This document shows, piece after piece, positions 8,608 through 17,987 of a stretch of 32,000 nt of DNA. The notes below the pieces were generated by a model. That model was given only the letters and a program-made list of their open reading frames with translations, was not told the origin of the DNA and made no database searches. Both the position numbers and the translations under genes were made by a program. How positions within the stretch are numbered: position 1 is the first letter of the stretch; every line of letters begins with the position of its first letter. The DNA comes from Psychrobacter sp. HD31 (lineage in GTDB: Bacteria; Pseudomonadota; Gammaproteobacteria; Pseudomonadales; Moraxellaceae), in NCBI RefSeq assembly GCF_051097895.1, contig NZ_CP142525.1, positions 1,590,001 through 1,622,000 on the forward strand, given 5' to 3'.

Positions 8608-10551
8608 ATGGGTAAAGTAATTGGTATCGATTTAGGTACAACCAACTCATGTGTATCAGTAATGGAAGGTGACAAAGTTAAAGTCATCGAAAACGCAGAA
8701 GGTGGTCGTACAACTCCGTCTATCGTTGCATTTAAAGATGGTGAAACTTTGGTAGGTCAGTCTGCAAAACGTCAGGCAGTTACCAACCCAACCAACACAT
8801 TATTTGCAGTTAAGCGTCTTATTGGTCGTCGTTTTGATGACAAAGCCGTACAAAAAGATATTGGCATGGTGCCATACAAAATTGTTAAAGCAGACAATGG
8901 CGATGCATGGGTAGAAATTGATGGCAAAAAACAAGCACCACCTCAAATCTCGGCAGAAGTTTTAAAGAAAATGAAGAAAACAGCCGAAGACTACCTTGGT
9001 GAAGCTGTAACAGAAGCAGTTGTGACTGTACCTGCTTATTTTAACGACAGCCAACGTCAAGCAACTAAAGATGCAGGTAAAATTGCTGGTCTAGATGTAA
9101 AACGTATCATCAACGAGCCAACAGCAGCAGCACTTGCTTATGGTAGCGACAAAAAATTTGCGGGCGATAGCACATTAGCTGTTTATGACTTAGGTGGTGG
9201 TACTTTTGACGTGTCAATCATTGAAGTGGCAGATGTAGATGGCGAGCAGCAGTTTGAAGTATTGGCAACCAATGGTGATACTTTCTTAGGTGGTGAAGAC
9301 TTTGACTTGGCGTTAATCGACTACCTAGTAGAAGAGTTCAAATCAGAAAATGACGTGAACCTAAAAGGTGATCCATTAGCGATGCAGCGTCTTAAAGAAG
9401 CGGCAGAAAAAGCAAAAATTGAACTGTCTAGCTCTACCAGTACCGAAGTAAACCTGCCATACATCACAGCAGATGCAAGTGGCCCTAAACACTTGGTAGT
9501 AACCATTAGCCGTGCTAAGTTAGAAAGCTTAACAGAAGAGCTAGTACAGCGTACGATTACGCCATGTAAAACTGCATTAGAAGACGCAGGTTTGTCTGCA
9601 AGTGATATCGATGACGTTATTTTAGTTGGTGGTCAAAGCCGTATGCCTAAAGTGCAAGAAGCGGTTAAAGCCTTCTTTGGTAAAGAGCCACGTAAAGATG
9701 TTAACCCTGATGAAGCGGTTGCGATGGGTGCGGCAATTCAAGGTGCGGTACTATCTGGTGATAAAACAGATGTACTACTACTTGATGTAACGCCACTAAC
9801 CTTAGGTATCGAAACCATGGGCGGTGTGATGACAGCGATTATTGAGAAAAACACCATGATTCCTACTAAGAAATCACAAGTGTTCTCAACAGCAGAAGAC
9901 AACCAGCCAGCGGTAACGATTCAGGTTTATCAAGGTGAGCGTAAAGTAGCTAAGCAAAACAAATTGCTAGGCAACTTTGACTTAACCGAGATTCCACCAG
10001 CACCACGTGGTGTTCCTCAAATTGAGGTTACCTTTGATATTAACGCTGATGGTATCATGAATATCTCAGCGACTGATAAAGGTACTGGTAAAGCGCAAAG
10101 CATCCAAATTAAAGCAGACTCTGGTTTGTCGGATGATGAAATCGAGCAAATGGTACGTGATGCAGAGGCAAATGCAGCAGAAGATGAAAAATTTGCAGAG
10201 CTTGCGCAAGTACGTAACGAAGCTGATGGACGTATCCACGCAGTACAAAAAGCACTAAAAGATGCTGAAGACAAAGTTACTGACGATGAGAAGTCAGCAG
10301 TTGAAGCGGCGATTAGTGAGTTAGAACTGGCAACAAAAGAAGATGATGTAGATGACATCAAAGCTAAGCTAGAAGCGTTAGATAATGCCTTCTTACCAAT
10401 TGGTCAGAAGATTTATGCAGAAGCTGGTGCAGGCGCAGAGGGTATGGATCCTAGTCAGTTTGCACAAGGTGCTGATGCGGATGCAGGTACTAGCAATGCC
10501 AATGATGACGTGGTAGATGCCGAGTTTACTGAAGTAAAAGAAGATAAATAA
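8608..10551 (+). CDS. dnaK: Molecular chaperone DnaK (Hsp70)
   Basis: 647 aa with the motifs [17 protein letters not shown] and [17 protein letters not shown] lies upstream of the ATG. Confidence 0.98.
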   Translation: MGKVIGIDLGTTNSCVSVMEGDKVKVIENAEGGRTTPSIVAFKDGETLVGQSAKRQAVTNPTNTLFAVKRLIGRRFDDKAVQKDIGMVPYKIVKADNGDAWVEIDGKKQAPPQISAEVLKKMKKTAEDYLGEAVTEAVVTVPAYFNDSQRQATKDAGKIAGLDVKRIINEPTAAALAYGSDKKFAGDSTLAVYDLGGGTFDVSIIEVADVDGEQQFEVLATNGDTFLGGEDFDLALIDYLVEEFKSENDVNLKGDPLAMQRLKEAAEKAKIELSSSTSTEVNLPYITADASGPKHLVVTISRAKLESLTEELVQRTITPCKTALEDAGLSASDIDDVILVGGQSRMPKVQEAVKAFFGKEPRKDVNPDEAVAMGAAIQGAVLSGDKTDVLLLDVTPLTLGIETMGGVMTAIIEKNTMIPTKKSQVFSTAEDNQPAVTIQVYQGERKVAKQNKLLGNFDLTEIPPAPRGVPQIEVTFDINADGIMNISATDKGTGKAQSIQIKADSGLSDDEIEQMVRDAEANAAEDEKFAELAQVRNEADGRIHAVQKALKDAEDKVTDDEKSAVEAAISELELATKEDDVDDIKAKLEALDNAFLPIGQKIYAEAGAGAEGMDPSQFAQGADADAGTSNANDDVVDAEFTEVKEDK

Positions 10552-10572
10552 GCAACCGTTTAATAATCGATT

Positions 10573-10603
10573 AAAACGCTCTCATTTTGAGGGCGTTTTT
10601 TTT
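10573..10603 (+). terminator. Rho-independent terminator after dnaK
   Basis: AAAACGCTCTC-ATTTT-GAGGGCGTTTT (one G-U pair) followed by a T run to 10603. Confidence 0.85.
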
Positions 10604-10701
10604 AAACTATTTTTCATTAATTTTTAACATGATAGTGATTCTCAAGTATTAAAATATGGTAAAGTGTTAGTATCTAACTAAAATGGTAAAGAGGTATCAC
10701 A

Positions 10702-11151
10702 ATGATAATAGAACCTTGGCAGTGGTTTGCATTTGGTGTTGTTTTACTAATTGTAGAAATGTTTACGTTTACTTTTGCTACCCTTTGGTTTGGGGTTGCT
10801 GCAATTGCGGTTGCCATTATTGCTTGGCTATTACCGCTTTCTACAAGTGTAGAGGTCGTTTTGTGGTTAATACTATCAATCATTTGTGTGTTTGCTTGGT
10901 TTAAGTTTATAAAACCGCTGGCGGTAGATAAAACAAAAGCAGGTTTGGGTGCCAGTGTCATCATTGGCGAAACAGGTATTATCATCACAAAGCCGATGTC
11001 ACAAAAGGCTGGCACAGTCCGCTTTAGTGTACCAATGGCAGGTGCTACCGAATGGCAATGCCGTACCAATGGAGAAGAAATTAACATTGGTGATAAAGTG
11101 ATTGTGACTCAAATTTTGGGTAATGAGTTGGTTGTTGAGCTGACTAAATGA
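10702..11151 (+). CDS. NfeD-family membrane protein (YbbJ-like partner of SPFH protein)
   Basis: 149 aa with an N-terminal multi-TM region and a C-terminal soluble OB-like part (GTVRFSVPMAGATEWQCR...VIVTQILGNELVV). It lies directly upstream of an SPFH gene, the conserved NfeD-SPFH pairing. Confidence 0.85.
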   Translation: MIIEPWQWFAFGVVLLIVEMFTFTFATLWFGVAAIAVAIIAWLLPLSTSVEVVLWLILSIICVFAWFKFIKPLAVDKTKAGLGASVIIGETGIIITKPMSQKAGTVRFSVPMAGATEWQCRTNGEEINIGDKVIVTQILGNELVVELTK

Positions 11152-11216
11152 TACACAGCAAATGAGTTAAAGTTTCAAGCGAAACACAATATTTAGAATA
11201 ATTAAAGGATAATATC

Positions 11217-12074
11217 ATGGAATTTAGTTTTATTTTACTCGTACTGGTTGCCTTGGTCGTTGTGACAATTTTCAAAGGGGTGCGTATTGTACCTCAAGGT
11301 TATAAATGGATTGTACAACGGTTAGGTAAGTATCAAAAAACCTTAGAACCAGGGCTTAATATAGTCATCCCCTACATAGATGATGTTGCCTACAAAGTAA
11401 CTACCAAAGACATTGTATTGGATATCCCGTCGCAAGATGTGATTACGCGTGACAACGTGGTGATTATTGCCAATGCAGTGGCTTATATTAATATTGTGCA
11501 GCCAGAGCGTGCAGTTTATGGTATTGAGGATTATGAGCTCGGTATCCGTAACCTTGTGCAAACCTCGCTACGTTCTATTGTGGGTGAGATGAACCTAGAT
11601 GATGCATTATCTAACCGTGATCAGATTAAAGCAGAACTAAAGGCTGCCATTTCTAATGATATTGCAGATTGGGGTATCACCCTAAAAACAGTCGAGATTC
11701 AAGACATCAATCCATCATCTACCATGCAAATGGCGATGGAAGAACAAGCTGCGGCAGAACGCCAACGCCGTGCTACGGTTACCCGTGCCGATGGTCAAAA
11801 ACAAGCGGCTATTTTAGAGGCTGATGGTCGTCTTGAAGCATCTCGCCGTGATGCAGAGGCACAAGTTGTATTGGCAAAAGGTTCAGAAGAGTCTATCCGT
11901 TTGATTACTAATGCGGTGGGCGAAGAAGAAATGCCAATCATCTATTTATTGGGTGAAAAATACATTAAAGCCATGCGTGATATGGCTGAGTCTGACAATG
12001 CCAAAACAGTTGTATTGCCTGCCGATATTTTAAATACGGTGAAAGGCTTAGCCGGTGACAAGTTTAAGGCATAG
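11217..12074 (+). CDS. SPFH/band-7 (stomatin-like, QmcA/YbbK-type) protein
   Basis: 285 aa with an N-terminal TM helix, an SPFH core (VPQGYKWIVQRLGKY...VDIPSQDVITRDNV...) and an Ala/Glu/Arg-rich coiled region. Confidence 0.9.
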   Translation: MEFSFILLVLVALVVVTIFKGVRIVPQGYKWIVQRLGKYQKTLEPGLNIVIPYIDDVAYKVTTKDIVLDIPSQDVITRDNVVIIANAVAYINIVQPERAVYGIEDYELGIRNLVQTSLRSIVGEMNLDDALSNRDQIKAELKAAISNDIADWGITLKTVEIQDINPSSTMQMAMEEQAAAERQRRATVTRADGQKQAAILEADGRLEASRRDAEAQVVLAKGSEESIRLITNAVGEEEMPIIYLLGEKYIKAMRDMAESDNAKTVVLPADILNTVKGLAGDKFKA

Positions 12075-12152
12075 TTAATTAGCCATAGCTATCTAACTGA
12101 ATAGGCGGAATGTTTTTTTAAAAAAACCAGTATACAACTTGAGAATACGATT

Positions 12153-12974
12153 ATGAAAAACCATATTAAAACCTTGTTATCAACGAGCGCCCTTTTTTCA
12201 ACCTTATTTTTGAGCAGCAATATGGCGCAGGCTTCAGGCTTGTTAGTTAATGTACAGCAATATTATCATCAACTTCCTGATTCCGTTTCAGATGTTTGCT
12301 TAAAACATGATAACTGCCCAACAATAGAAGTAAGCTATATTAATAGTACGCAACCATGGATAAACACACTGATTAACCAAAATGTTAATCAACTTATAGC
12401 GGGAGATGCAAAGTACCAGCCGGTTAGTTTTGTTGACTATCATGTTAATGTACCCAAAGAAGTGCAAACAACATTAGATAACTTTGCTAAAAGTCAGATT
12501 GAAGATATGTCAGGAAGCCAAGGTCTGCCTTACTCTAAAAGTGTCGAACCTGCTTATTTAGGTCATGTGGGATCTTTAGAGTTATTCTCTATTGGTGGGT
12601 ATGATTACTTTGGTGGCGCTCATGGTATGGGGTTTGTGTTTTATTCAATACTCGATAGTGACTTAAAACAAGAAATTGGCTTAGATGATATATTAATAGC
12701 TAATCAAAAACCGGTATTAAGTAAGCTGGTTGAAGCAGAGTTTGATAAGTGGATTATTGAACAAGGTATGACGCCAAGTGAACACAAAGCGTACTGGAAA
12801 TTTAGATTAACTAATAATGTAACTTTTACGCCTGAGGGATTAAGTTTTTTACATCAACCATATGAGGTTGGACCTTATGCAGCCGGTATGCCCGAATTTA
12901 CTGTACCTTATGCCAAGTTAAAAGGCGTTTTAAAGCCTAAATATTTAAAGTTAGGTAAACAGTTTTCTGAGTGA
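12153..12974 (+). CDS. Secreted DUF3298/RsiV-like domain protein
   Basis: 273 aa with an N-terminal signal peptide (...SSNMAQA). The GGAHG motif (YFGGAHGMG) and the C-terminal 'QPYEVGPYAAGMPEFTVPY' are characteristic of DUF3298-type domains. Confidence 0.65.
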   Translation: MKNHIKTLLSTSALFSTLFLSSNMAQASGLLVNVQQYYHQLPDSVSDVCLKHDNCPTIEVSYINSTQPWINTLINQNVNQLIAGDAKYQPVSFVDYHVNVPKEVQTTLDNFAKSQIEDMSGSQGLPYSKSVEPAYLGHVGSLELFSIGGYDYFGGAHGMGFVFYSILDSDLKQEIGLDDILIANQKPVLSKLVEAEFDKWIIEQGMTPSEHKAYWKFRLTNNVTFTPEGLSFLHQPYEVGPYAAGMPEFTVPYAKLKGVLKPKYLKLGKQFSE

Positions 12975-12982
12975 TTAAAAGT

Positions 12983-13014
12983 AAAAAGCTGGGCTTTTTT
13001 TAGCCCAGCAAGAT
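12983..13014. terminator. Shared hairpin terminator between the convergent DUF3298 gene and dnaJ
   Basis: GCTGGGCT-TTTTTT-AGCCCAGC (12988-13009). An A run on the left gives a T tail when read on the minus strand, downstream of dnaJ. Confidence 0.7.
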
Positions 13015-13050
13015 ACAACCATTAACACTAATTAACTAATCGACTGGCTT

Positions 13051-14181
13051 TTAATCAAACAAATCACTTAACTTATCAAAAAATGATTTCTTCTGCGGCG
13101 ACTGTTTATGGGAGTTATCGCCATCTAAACTATCCTGAAACTGTTTTAATAGCTCTTTTTGTTCCTTGTTTAGGTTAACAGGGGTTTCAACAATCACACG
13201 GCAAATTAAATCACCTTTCATGCTGGTACGTACTGGGGTAACGCCTTTGCCACGCACACGCAATAACTTACCACTTTGGGTGCCTTCAGCAACTTTAATT
13301 TTAACCTTACCATCAAGGGTTGGTATTTCTACCTCTTTACCTAGCGTTGCATCGGCAATGCTTACTGGTACATCCATATACAGGTCTGCGCCCTGACGAG
13401 TGAATACACTGTGAGGTTTTACACGTACTTCTACAAACAAATCGCCATTTTGTACACCAGCACCACCGGCTTCACCTTCGCCAGCTAAGCGAACACGGTC
13501 ACCATCATCTACACCAGCAGGTATGCTAACTTCAAGGGTTTTAGACTTGTCTTTAACACCGCTACCATGGCAAGATTTACATGGATTTTTAATTTGTTTG
13601 CCAGAGCCACCACAAGTAGGACAGGTTTGTTGTACAGCAAAAAAGCCTTGCTGCATACGCACTTGACCCTGACCATGACAGGTGCCACATGTCACCACAT
13701 CGGATGGGTTTTCTGCACCTTTGCCATCACAAGTTTCGCAGGTTGCAGGGGCGGTAAAAGTGATTTCTTTCTTGCAGCCTTTAACCGCTTCTTCAAGTGT
13801 TAAGTCTAGCACATAGCGTAGGTCAGACCCACGGCGAGCTCTGCCGCCACCGCCACCACGTTGTTGACCAAAAATATCGCCAAAACTGCCAAAAATATCG
13901 CCAAAAATGTCATTAAAATTACCAGCACCGCCAAAACCGCCGCCGCCCATGCCGTTTTCAAAGGCTGCATGCCCCATACGATCATAAGCCGAGCGTTTTT
14001 CGGCATCGCTTAATACTTCATAGGCCATTGATGCTTCTTTAAATTTTTCTTCTGCTTCGGCATCATCTGGGTTACGGTCTGGGTGGTATTTCATTGCTAG
14101 CTTGCGGTAGGCACGCTTAATGGTCTTTTCATCAGCGTTTTTATCTACGCCCAAGACTTCATAAAAGTCACGCTTGCTCAT
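13051..14181 (-). CDS. dnaJ: Molecular chaperone DnaJ (Hsp40)
   Basis: 376 aa with a J domain carrying HPD (KYHPDRN), a Gly/Phe-rich region, and four CxxCxGxG zinc-finger motifs ([32 protein letters not shown]). Confidence 0.97.
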   Translation of the reverse strand: MSKRDFYEVLGVDKNADEKTIKRAYRKLAMKYHPDRNPDDAEAEEKFKEASMAYEVLSDAEKRSAYDRMGHAAFENGMGGGGFGGAGNFNDIFGDIFGSFGDIFGQQRGGGGGRARRGSDLRYVLDLTLEEAVKGCKKEITFTAPATCETCDGKGAENPSDVVTCGTCHGQGQVRMQQGFFAVQQTCPTCGGSGKQIKNPCKSCHGSGVKDKSKTLEVSIPAGVDDGDRVRLAGEGEAGGAGVQNGDLFVEVRVKPHSVFTRQGADLYMDVPVSIADATLGKEVEIPTLDGKVKIKVAEGTQSGKLLRVRGKGVTPVRTSMKGDLICRVIVETPVNLNKEQKELLKQFQDSLDGDNSHKQSPQKKSFFDKLSDLFD

Positions 14182-14215
14182 GTTTGAGTTTCTCCTATTA
14201 CTTAGTTGGCAGGAT

Positions 14216-14229
14216 GTTTCATGTGAAAC
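14216..14229. repeat. 14-bp palindrome GTTTCA-TG-TGAAAC (copy 2)
   Basis: The sequence is identical to 6813-6826. It lies 35-48 nt upstream of the dnaJ start codon, downstream of the predicted sigma-32 promoter. Confidence 0.8.
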
Positions 14230-14294
14230 TTTAACATCACTTATGCTATTTTAAGTAAAATAAGTCGTTGTAAAATTGATATAAGTTGGCATAT

Positions 14295-14323
14295 ACATGG
14301 TGGTTGCATGGATATTTATCAAG
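14295..14323 (-). promoter_or_regulatory. Sigma-32 (heat-shock) type promoter for dnaJ
   Basis: The minus strand reads CTTGATA, then 14 nt, then CACCATGT. This is the best match to CCCCATNT of the three sites. It lies ~110 nt upstream of the dnaJ ATG. Confidence 0.6.
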
Positions 14324-14358
14324 AGACTTAATGAAATTTGTGGTTAATTATTTACCTT

Positions 14359-14388
14359 AAAAAGCCAGCGATTAACAGCTGGCTTTTG
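14359..14388 (-). terminator. Rho-independent terminator after the lipoprotein gene
   Basis: AAAAGCCAGC-loop-GCTGGCTTTT. It is flanked by A/T runs on both sides, so it could work in either direction. Confidence 0.75.
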
Positions 14389-14432
14389 GGTGATGATAAA
14401 TTTTATTAGTAGGCATTTACGATATTGTGCTA

Positions 14433-15149
14433 CTAGTCCAGTATTTGTAATGGCAAAGTAATCACATCAAATGCCAACGCAAATGGTAGCAATACTAGCT
14501 TTTGGGCTGCGTTTGTTCCCTCTTTTTTTACCACTTTTTGTGATGTGCTGGTTGTGTAAATAGACACAGAATAAGGTTTGGTTAATGTTTGGAACTTAGA
14601 TTGCAATAATCTTAAATTGCTAACCTGTGGGAATACCCCGCCTTTAATAGGGATGCTAAAGCAAAAACGTTGTGCACCAATACGTTTATCACTTGCAGTT
14701 GAGCATTCTTTTCCATCTTCTTGTAAAAAAAACTGCAAATCTGAGCGTTTAAATTCATCTTTTAATTTGGCATAAGACAACTTCATTGTGCCACTAAAAT
14801 AGCCGTCATTTTTAGGGGAATAAAACTTTAGTGCTTTATCGACACTGATGCTTTTGGCATCTAGGGTGCTTAATAGATTAACTAAGTCTAAACCACCTTC
14901 GGATAACACGTAACTGTTTTTTTCGCCCACAATCACAACACTGTTTGCAGGCATGTTGGGTAATTTGGTGGTTGGTTTACCAAAAGCAACGACTTGATCT
15001 TCTACTAAGGTTTGTTCAACTGTATTGGTAGAAACATGACTGTTTGAGCTTAACAGCTCTGACGTAGCACAGCCAGTAACGAGTAGGCTACTTGTTAGAG
15101 CGGTTGTTAATGCTATTTTATTTAAGTTTTTTAAGAATGTTTTAGCCAT
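14433..15149 (-). CDS. Hypothetical lipoprotein
   Basis: 238 aa with a signal peptide and lipobox LLVTGC. The C-terminus has a hydrophobic segment (LVLLPFALAFDVITLPLQIL). I do not recognise a family. Confidence 0.6.
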   Translation of the reverse strand: MAKTFLKNLNKIALTTALTSSLLVTGCATSELLSSNSHVSTNTVEQTLVEDQVVAFGKPTTKLPNMPANSVVIVGEKNSYVLSEGGLDLVNLLSTLDAKSISVDKALKFYSPKNDGYFSGTMKLSYAKLKDEFKRSDLQFFLQEDGKECSTASDKRIGAQRFCFSIPIKGGVFPQVSNLRLLQSKFQTLTKPYSVSIYTTSTSQKVVKKEGTNAAQKLVLLPFALAFDVITLPLQILD

Positions 15150-15228
15150 AATGACCTCCTTGTGCTATTAAACTTTTTACCGTTTTGATAAAAACAGAAT
15201 CTCTTTATTCAAATTCTACACTGCCATA

Positions 15229-15269
15229 AAAAAATAAACCCCATTATTTTGTATGGGGTTTGTTTTTTT
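15229..15269 (-). terminator. Rho-independent terminator after guaA
   Basis: AAACCCCAT-TATTTTGT-ATGGGGTTT flanked by an A7 run and a T7 run. Confidence 0.85.
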
Positions 15270-15327
15270 ATTACGGCTATGTTTCCATTGATGTGTGGCA
15301 GATGCTATCAGCCATTTTTATCTGGTG

Positions 15328-16914
15328 TTATTCCCACTCAATGGTCGCAGGTGGTTTGCTTGATACATCATAAGTAACGCGAGAAACCTCGGCAATCTCA
15401 TTCATAATGCGGTTAGATACCGTCTCAATCAGCTCATATGGTAAGTGAGCAAAACGTGCGGTCATAAAGTCCACCGTTTCTACCGCACGCAGGGCAATGA
15501 CCCAAGCATAGCGGCGGGCATCACCTACCACACCAACGGACTTAACTGGTTGGAATACAGCAAATGCTTGCGCGGTTTTATCATACCAATCAAAACGTTC
15601 CAACTCTTGCATAAAGATGGCATCTGCCAGGCGTAGAATATCGGCATATTCTTTTTTAACTTCACCAAGGATACGTACCCCCAAACCAGGACCAGGGAAC
15701 GGATGACGGTAAATCATTTTGTGCGGTAGCCCAAGCGTGATACCTAATTTACGAACCTCATCTTTAAATAAGTCACGCAATGGTTCTACCAACTCAAATG
15801 CGAGGTCATCCGGCAATCCGCCCACATTGTGGTGCGATTTAATCACATGAGCTTTGCCTTGGTGTGACTTTGCTGATTCAATGACATCAGGGTAGATTGT
15901 GCCTTGCGCTAAGAAGTCGACTCCCACGCCACTGCCATCGTCATTTTTTAGCTCGCGTGCCGTATCGCTAAATACATCAATAAATGTTTTACCAATAATT
16001 TTGCGTTTGGCTTCTGGCTCAGGCTCACCGGCAAGGGCGGTTAAAAAGCGTTCTTCTGCATCAACACGCACAACTTTAACGCCCATGTTTTCGGCAAATA
16101 TTTGCATGACTTGGTCGCCTTCGTGTAAACGAAGCAAACCATTATCAACAAATACGCAAGTGAGCTGGTCACCAATGGCTTTGTGAAGTAAGGCGGCAAC
16201 AACCGAGCTGTCTACCCCACCAGATAAACCAAGCATGACGTGTTTATCACCCACCTGTTCACGGATTTGTTCAACACGCATGTCGATAATGTTTTCTGGT
16301 GTCCAGGCATTGGTACAGCCACAAATTTGATGTACAAATCGTGCTAATAAGGCTTCCCCTTGCAGGGTGTGGGTGACTTCTGGATGAAATTGCATGCCGT
16401 AATATTGTTTGTCTTCATTTGCCATCACCGCAATTGGGCAACTAGGGGTGCTTGCAACGACTTTAAAATCCGTCGGTGCTTCAATCACTTTATCACCATG
16501 GCTCATCCAAACATCCAGTTTGGCAGGGGCATCTTCAATGCCATCAAGCAAAGCAGAGCTTGTGATGACATCAATGCTTGCTGCGCCAAACTCATGTACA
16601 TCACTTGCGTGAACTTTGCCTCCAAAACGGCTTGCCATGGCTTGCATGCCATAACAAATACCCAATACGGGCACATTCAAATCAAAAATAGCCTCATTGA
16701 TTTTAGGGCTTCCCTCGGCATGGACACTTTCTGGTCCACCAGATAAAATCACGCCTTTTGCATTAAACTCTTTGATACGTTGCGTGTCGATATCGTAAGG
16801 GTACATCTCACAAAAAACGCCTGCCTCACGTACACGGCGGGCAATGAGCTGGCTGTATTGTGAGCCATAATCGATGATTAAAATACGGTCTTGTTTGATG
16901 ATAGGTGTGGTCAT
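15328..16914 (-). CDS. guaA: GMP synthase (glutamine-hydrolysing)
   Basis: 528 aa with an N-terminal class I GATase (GICYGMQ), the ATP-pyrophosphatase P-loop SGGVDSS, and the C-terminal ...KPPATIEWE. Confidence 0.97.
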   Translation of the reverse strand: MTTPIIKQDRILIIDYGSQYSQLIARRVREAGVFCEMYPYDIDTQRIKEFNAKGVILSGGPESVHAEGSPKINEAIFDLNVPVLGICYGMQAMASRFGGKVHASDVHEFGAASIDVITSSALLDGIEDAPAKLDVWMSHGDKVIEAPTDFKVVASTPSCPIAVMANEDKQYYGMQFHPEVTHTLQGEALLARFVHQICGCTNAWTPENIIDMRVEQIREQVGDKHVMLGLSGGVDSSVVAALLHKAIGDQLTCVFVDNGLLRLHEGDQVMQIFAENMGVKVVRVDAEERFLTALAGEPEPEAKRKIIGKTFIDVFSDTARELKNDDGSGVGVDFLAQGTIYPDVIESAKSHQGKAHVIKSHHNVGGLPDDLAFELVEPLRDLFKDEVRKLGITLGLPHKMIYRHPFPGPGLGVRILGEVKKEYADILRLADAIFMQELERFDWYDKTAQAFAVFQPVKSVGVVGDARRYAWVIALRAVETVDFMTARFAHLPYELIETVSNRIMNEIAEVSRVTYDVSSKPPATIEWE

Positions 16915-17099
16915 AAGTTGGCGCTCATTGGTTATATGATTTGGGTATTGAATTAACTTACTATTTTAACAAAAAAATAGCGATGAATGGCAGTTGATTT
17001 TATGATTTTAAACCATGAAAAAATGCAAATTTTCAGATAGCTTCTGCTATGCTATGACGAGCTGATTAATAAATGATTTAAAATAGTATAAGGATAAAG

Positions 17100-17765
17100 A
17101 TGAACAAACAATTACTTATTTTTGATTTAGACGGTACTTTAATTGACAGTGTACCGGATATTGCAGATGCAACTAACGCCATGCTAGCCGAGTTGGGTTT
17201 ACAAACTTTTGGGGTTGATGACGTACGTAACTGGGTAGGTAATGGTTCACGAAAGTTAATTGAACGGGCTTTAAAGTGTGCAAAAGATGCTGAACCAACC
17301 GATGCCCAAGTGGATGATGCACAAGCGTTGTTTTTTGAGCATTATGCCAAACAAACCGCATTGCATACAACTGCCTATGAAGGTGTAAGTGAGGGTTTAA
17401 AACAGTTAGCAGCGCATGGATATACCATGGCATTGGTTACCAATAAGCCTTATCGGTATGTACCAACAATTTTAGACTTTTTTGGTTGGACAGAGTTTTT
17501 TGCAATCTCATTAGGTGGTGATAGCATTAGCGAAAAAAAACCAAACCCAATGGCGTTAAACCATGTATGTAAACAGTTGAATATATCCGCCAATAACAGC
17601 TATATGATAGGTGATTCGCTTAATGATATTTATGCTGGGAAAAACGCTGGTATGGAAACACTTGGGTTGTCTTATGGTTATAACTATGGGCAAGATATCC
17701 GAGATTTTAACCCAACACATGTGTTTGATACATTTGGCGAGATGGTTGCGTTTTTATTAAAATAA
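17100..17765 (+). CDS. gph: Phosphoglycolate phosphatase (HAD superfamily)
   Basis: 221 aa with HAD motif I (FDLDGTL), LVTNKP and GDSLNDI. Overall it resembles Gph-type proteins. Confidence 0.8.
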   Translation: MNKQLLIFDLDGTLIDSVPDIADATNAMLAELGLQTFGVDDVRNWVGNGSRKLIERALKCAKDAEPTDAQVDDAQALFFEHYAKQTALHTTAYEGVSEGLKQLAAHGYTMALVTNKPYRYVPTILDFFGWTEFFAISLGGDSISEKKPNPMALNHVCKQLNISANNSYMIGDSLNDIYAGKNAGMETLGLSYGYNYGQDIRDFNPTHVFDTFGEMVAFLLK

Positions 17766-17786
17766 ATTTAAAAGTTGAGGTGTGTT

Positions 17787-17981
17787 ATGCGCTTATTAAT
17801 TGCGTTCTTTTTCCCTTGGTTGACATTTTTTACGATTGGCAGACCATTTGCAGGCATTGTTTGTCTAATTTTACAAATTACAATACTTGGCTGGTTGCCT
17901 GCAACTATTTGGGCGGTTTATGCGTTAAGCCAATACAAAACGGATAAAAAAATTGAAGCAATGAAGCGTGAAAATAATTAG
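17787..17981 (+). CDS. Small two-TM hydrophobic protein (YqaE/Pmp3-like)
   Basis: I moved the start to the ATG at 17787, with GAGG 6 nt upstream. There are two predicted TM helices, and GWLPATIWAVYAL resembles the Pmp3 family signature. Family assignment is tentative. Confidence 0.45.
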   Translation: MRLLIAFFFPWLTFFTIGRPFAGIVCLILQITILGWLPATIWAVYALSQYKTDKKIEAMKRENN

Positions 17982-17987
17982 GTTGCT

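Noticed and set aside
13850-13935. Short tandem DNA repeats (CCAAAAATATCGCC variants) inside dnaJ
   Set aside because: They simply encode the Gly/Phe-rich linker ([15 protein letters not shown]) of DnaJ, which is ordinary coding low complexity.
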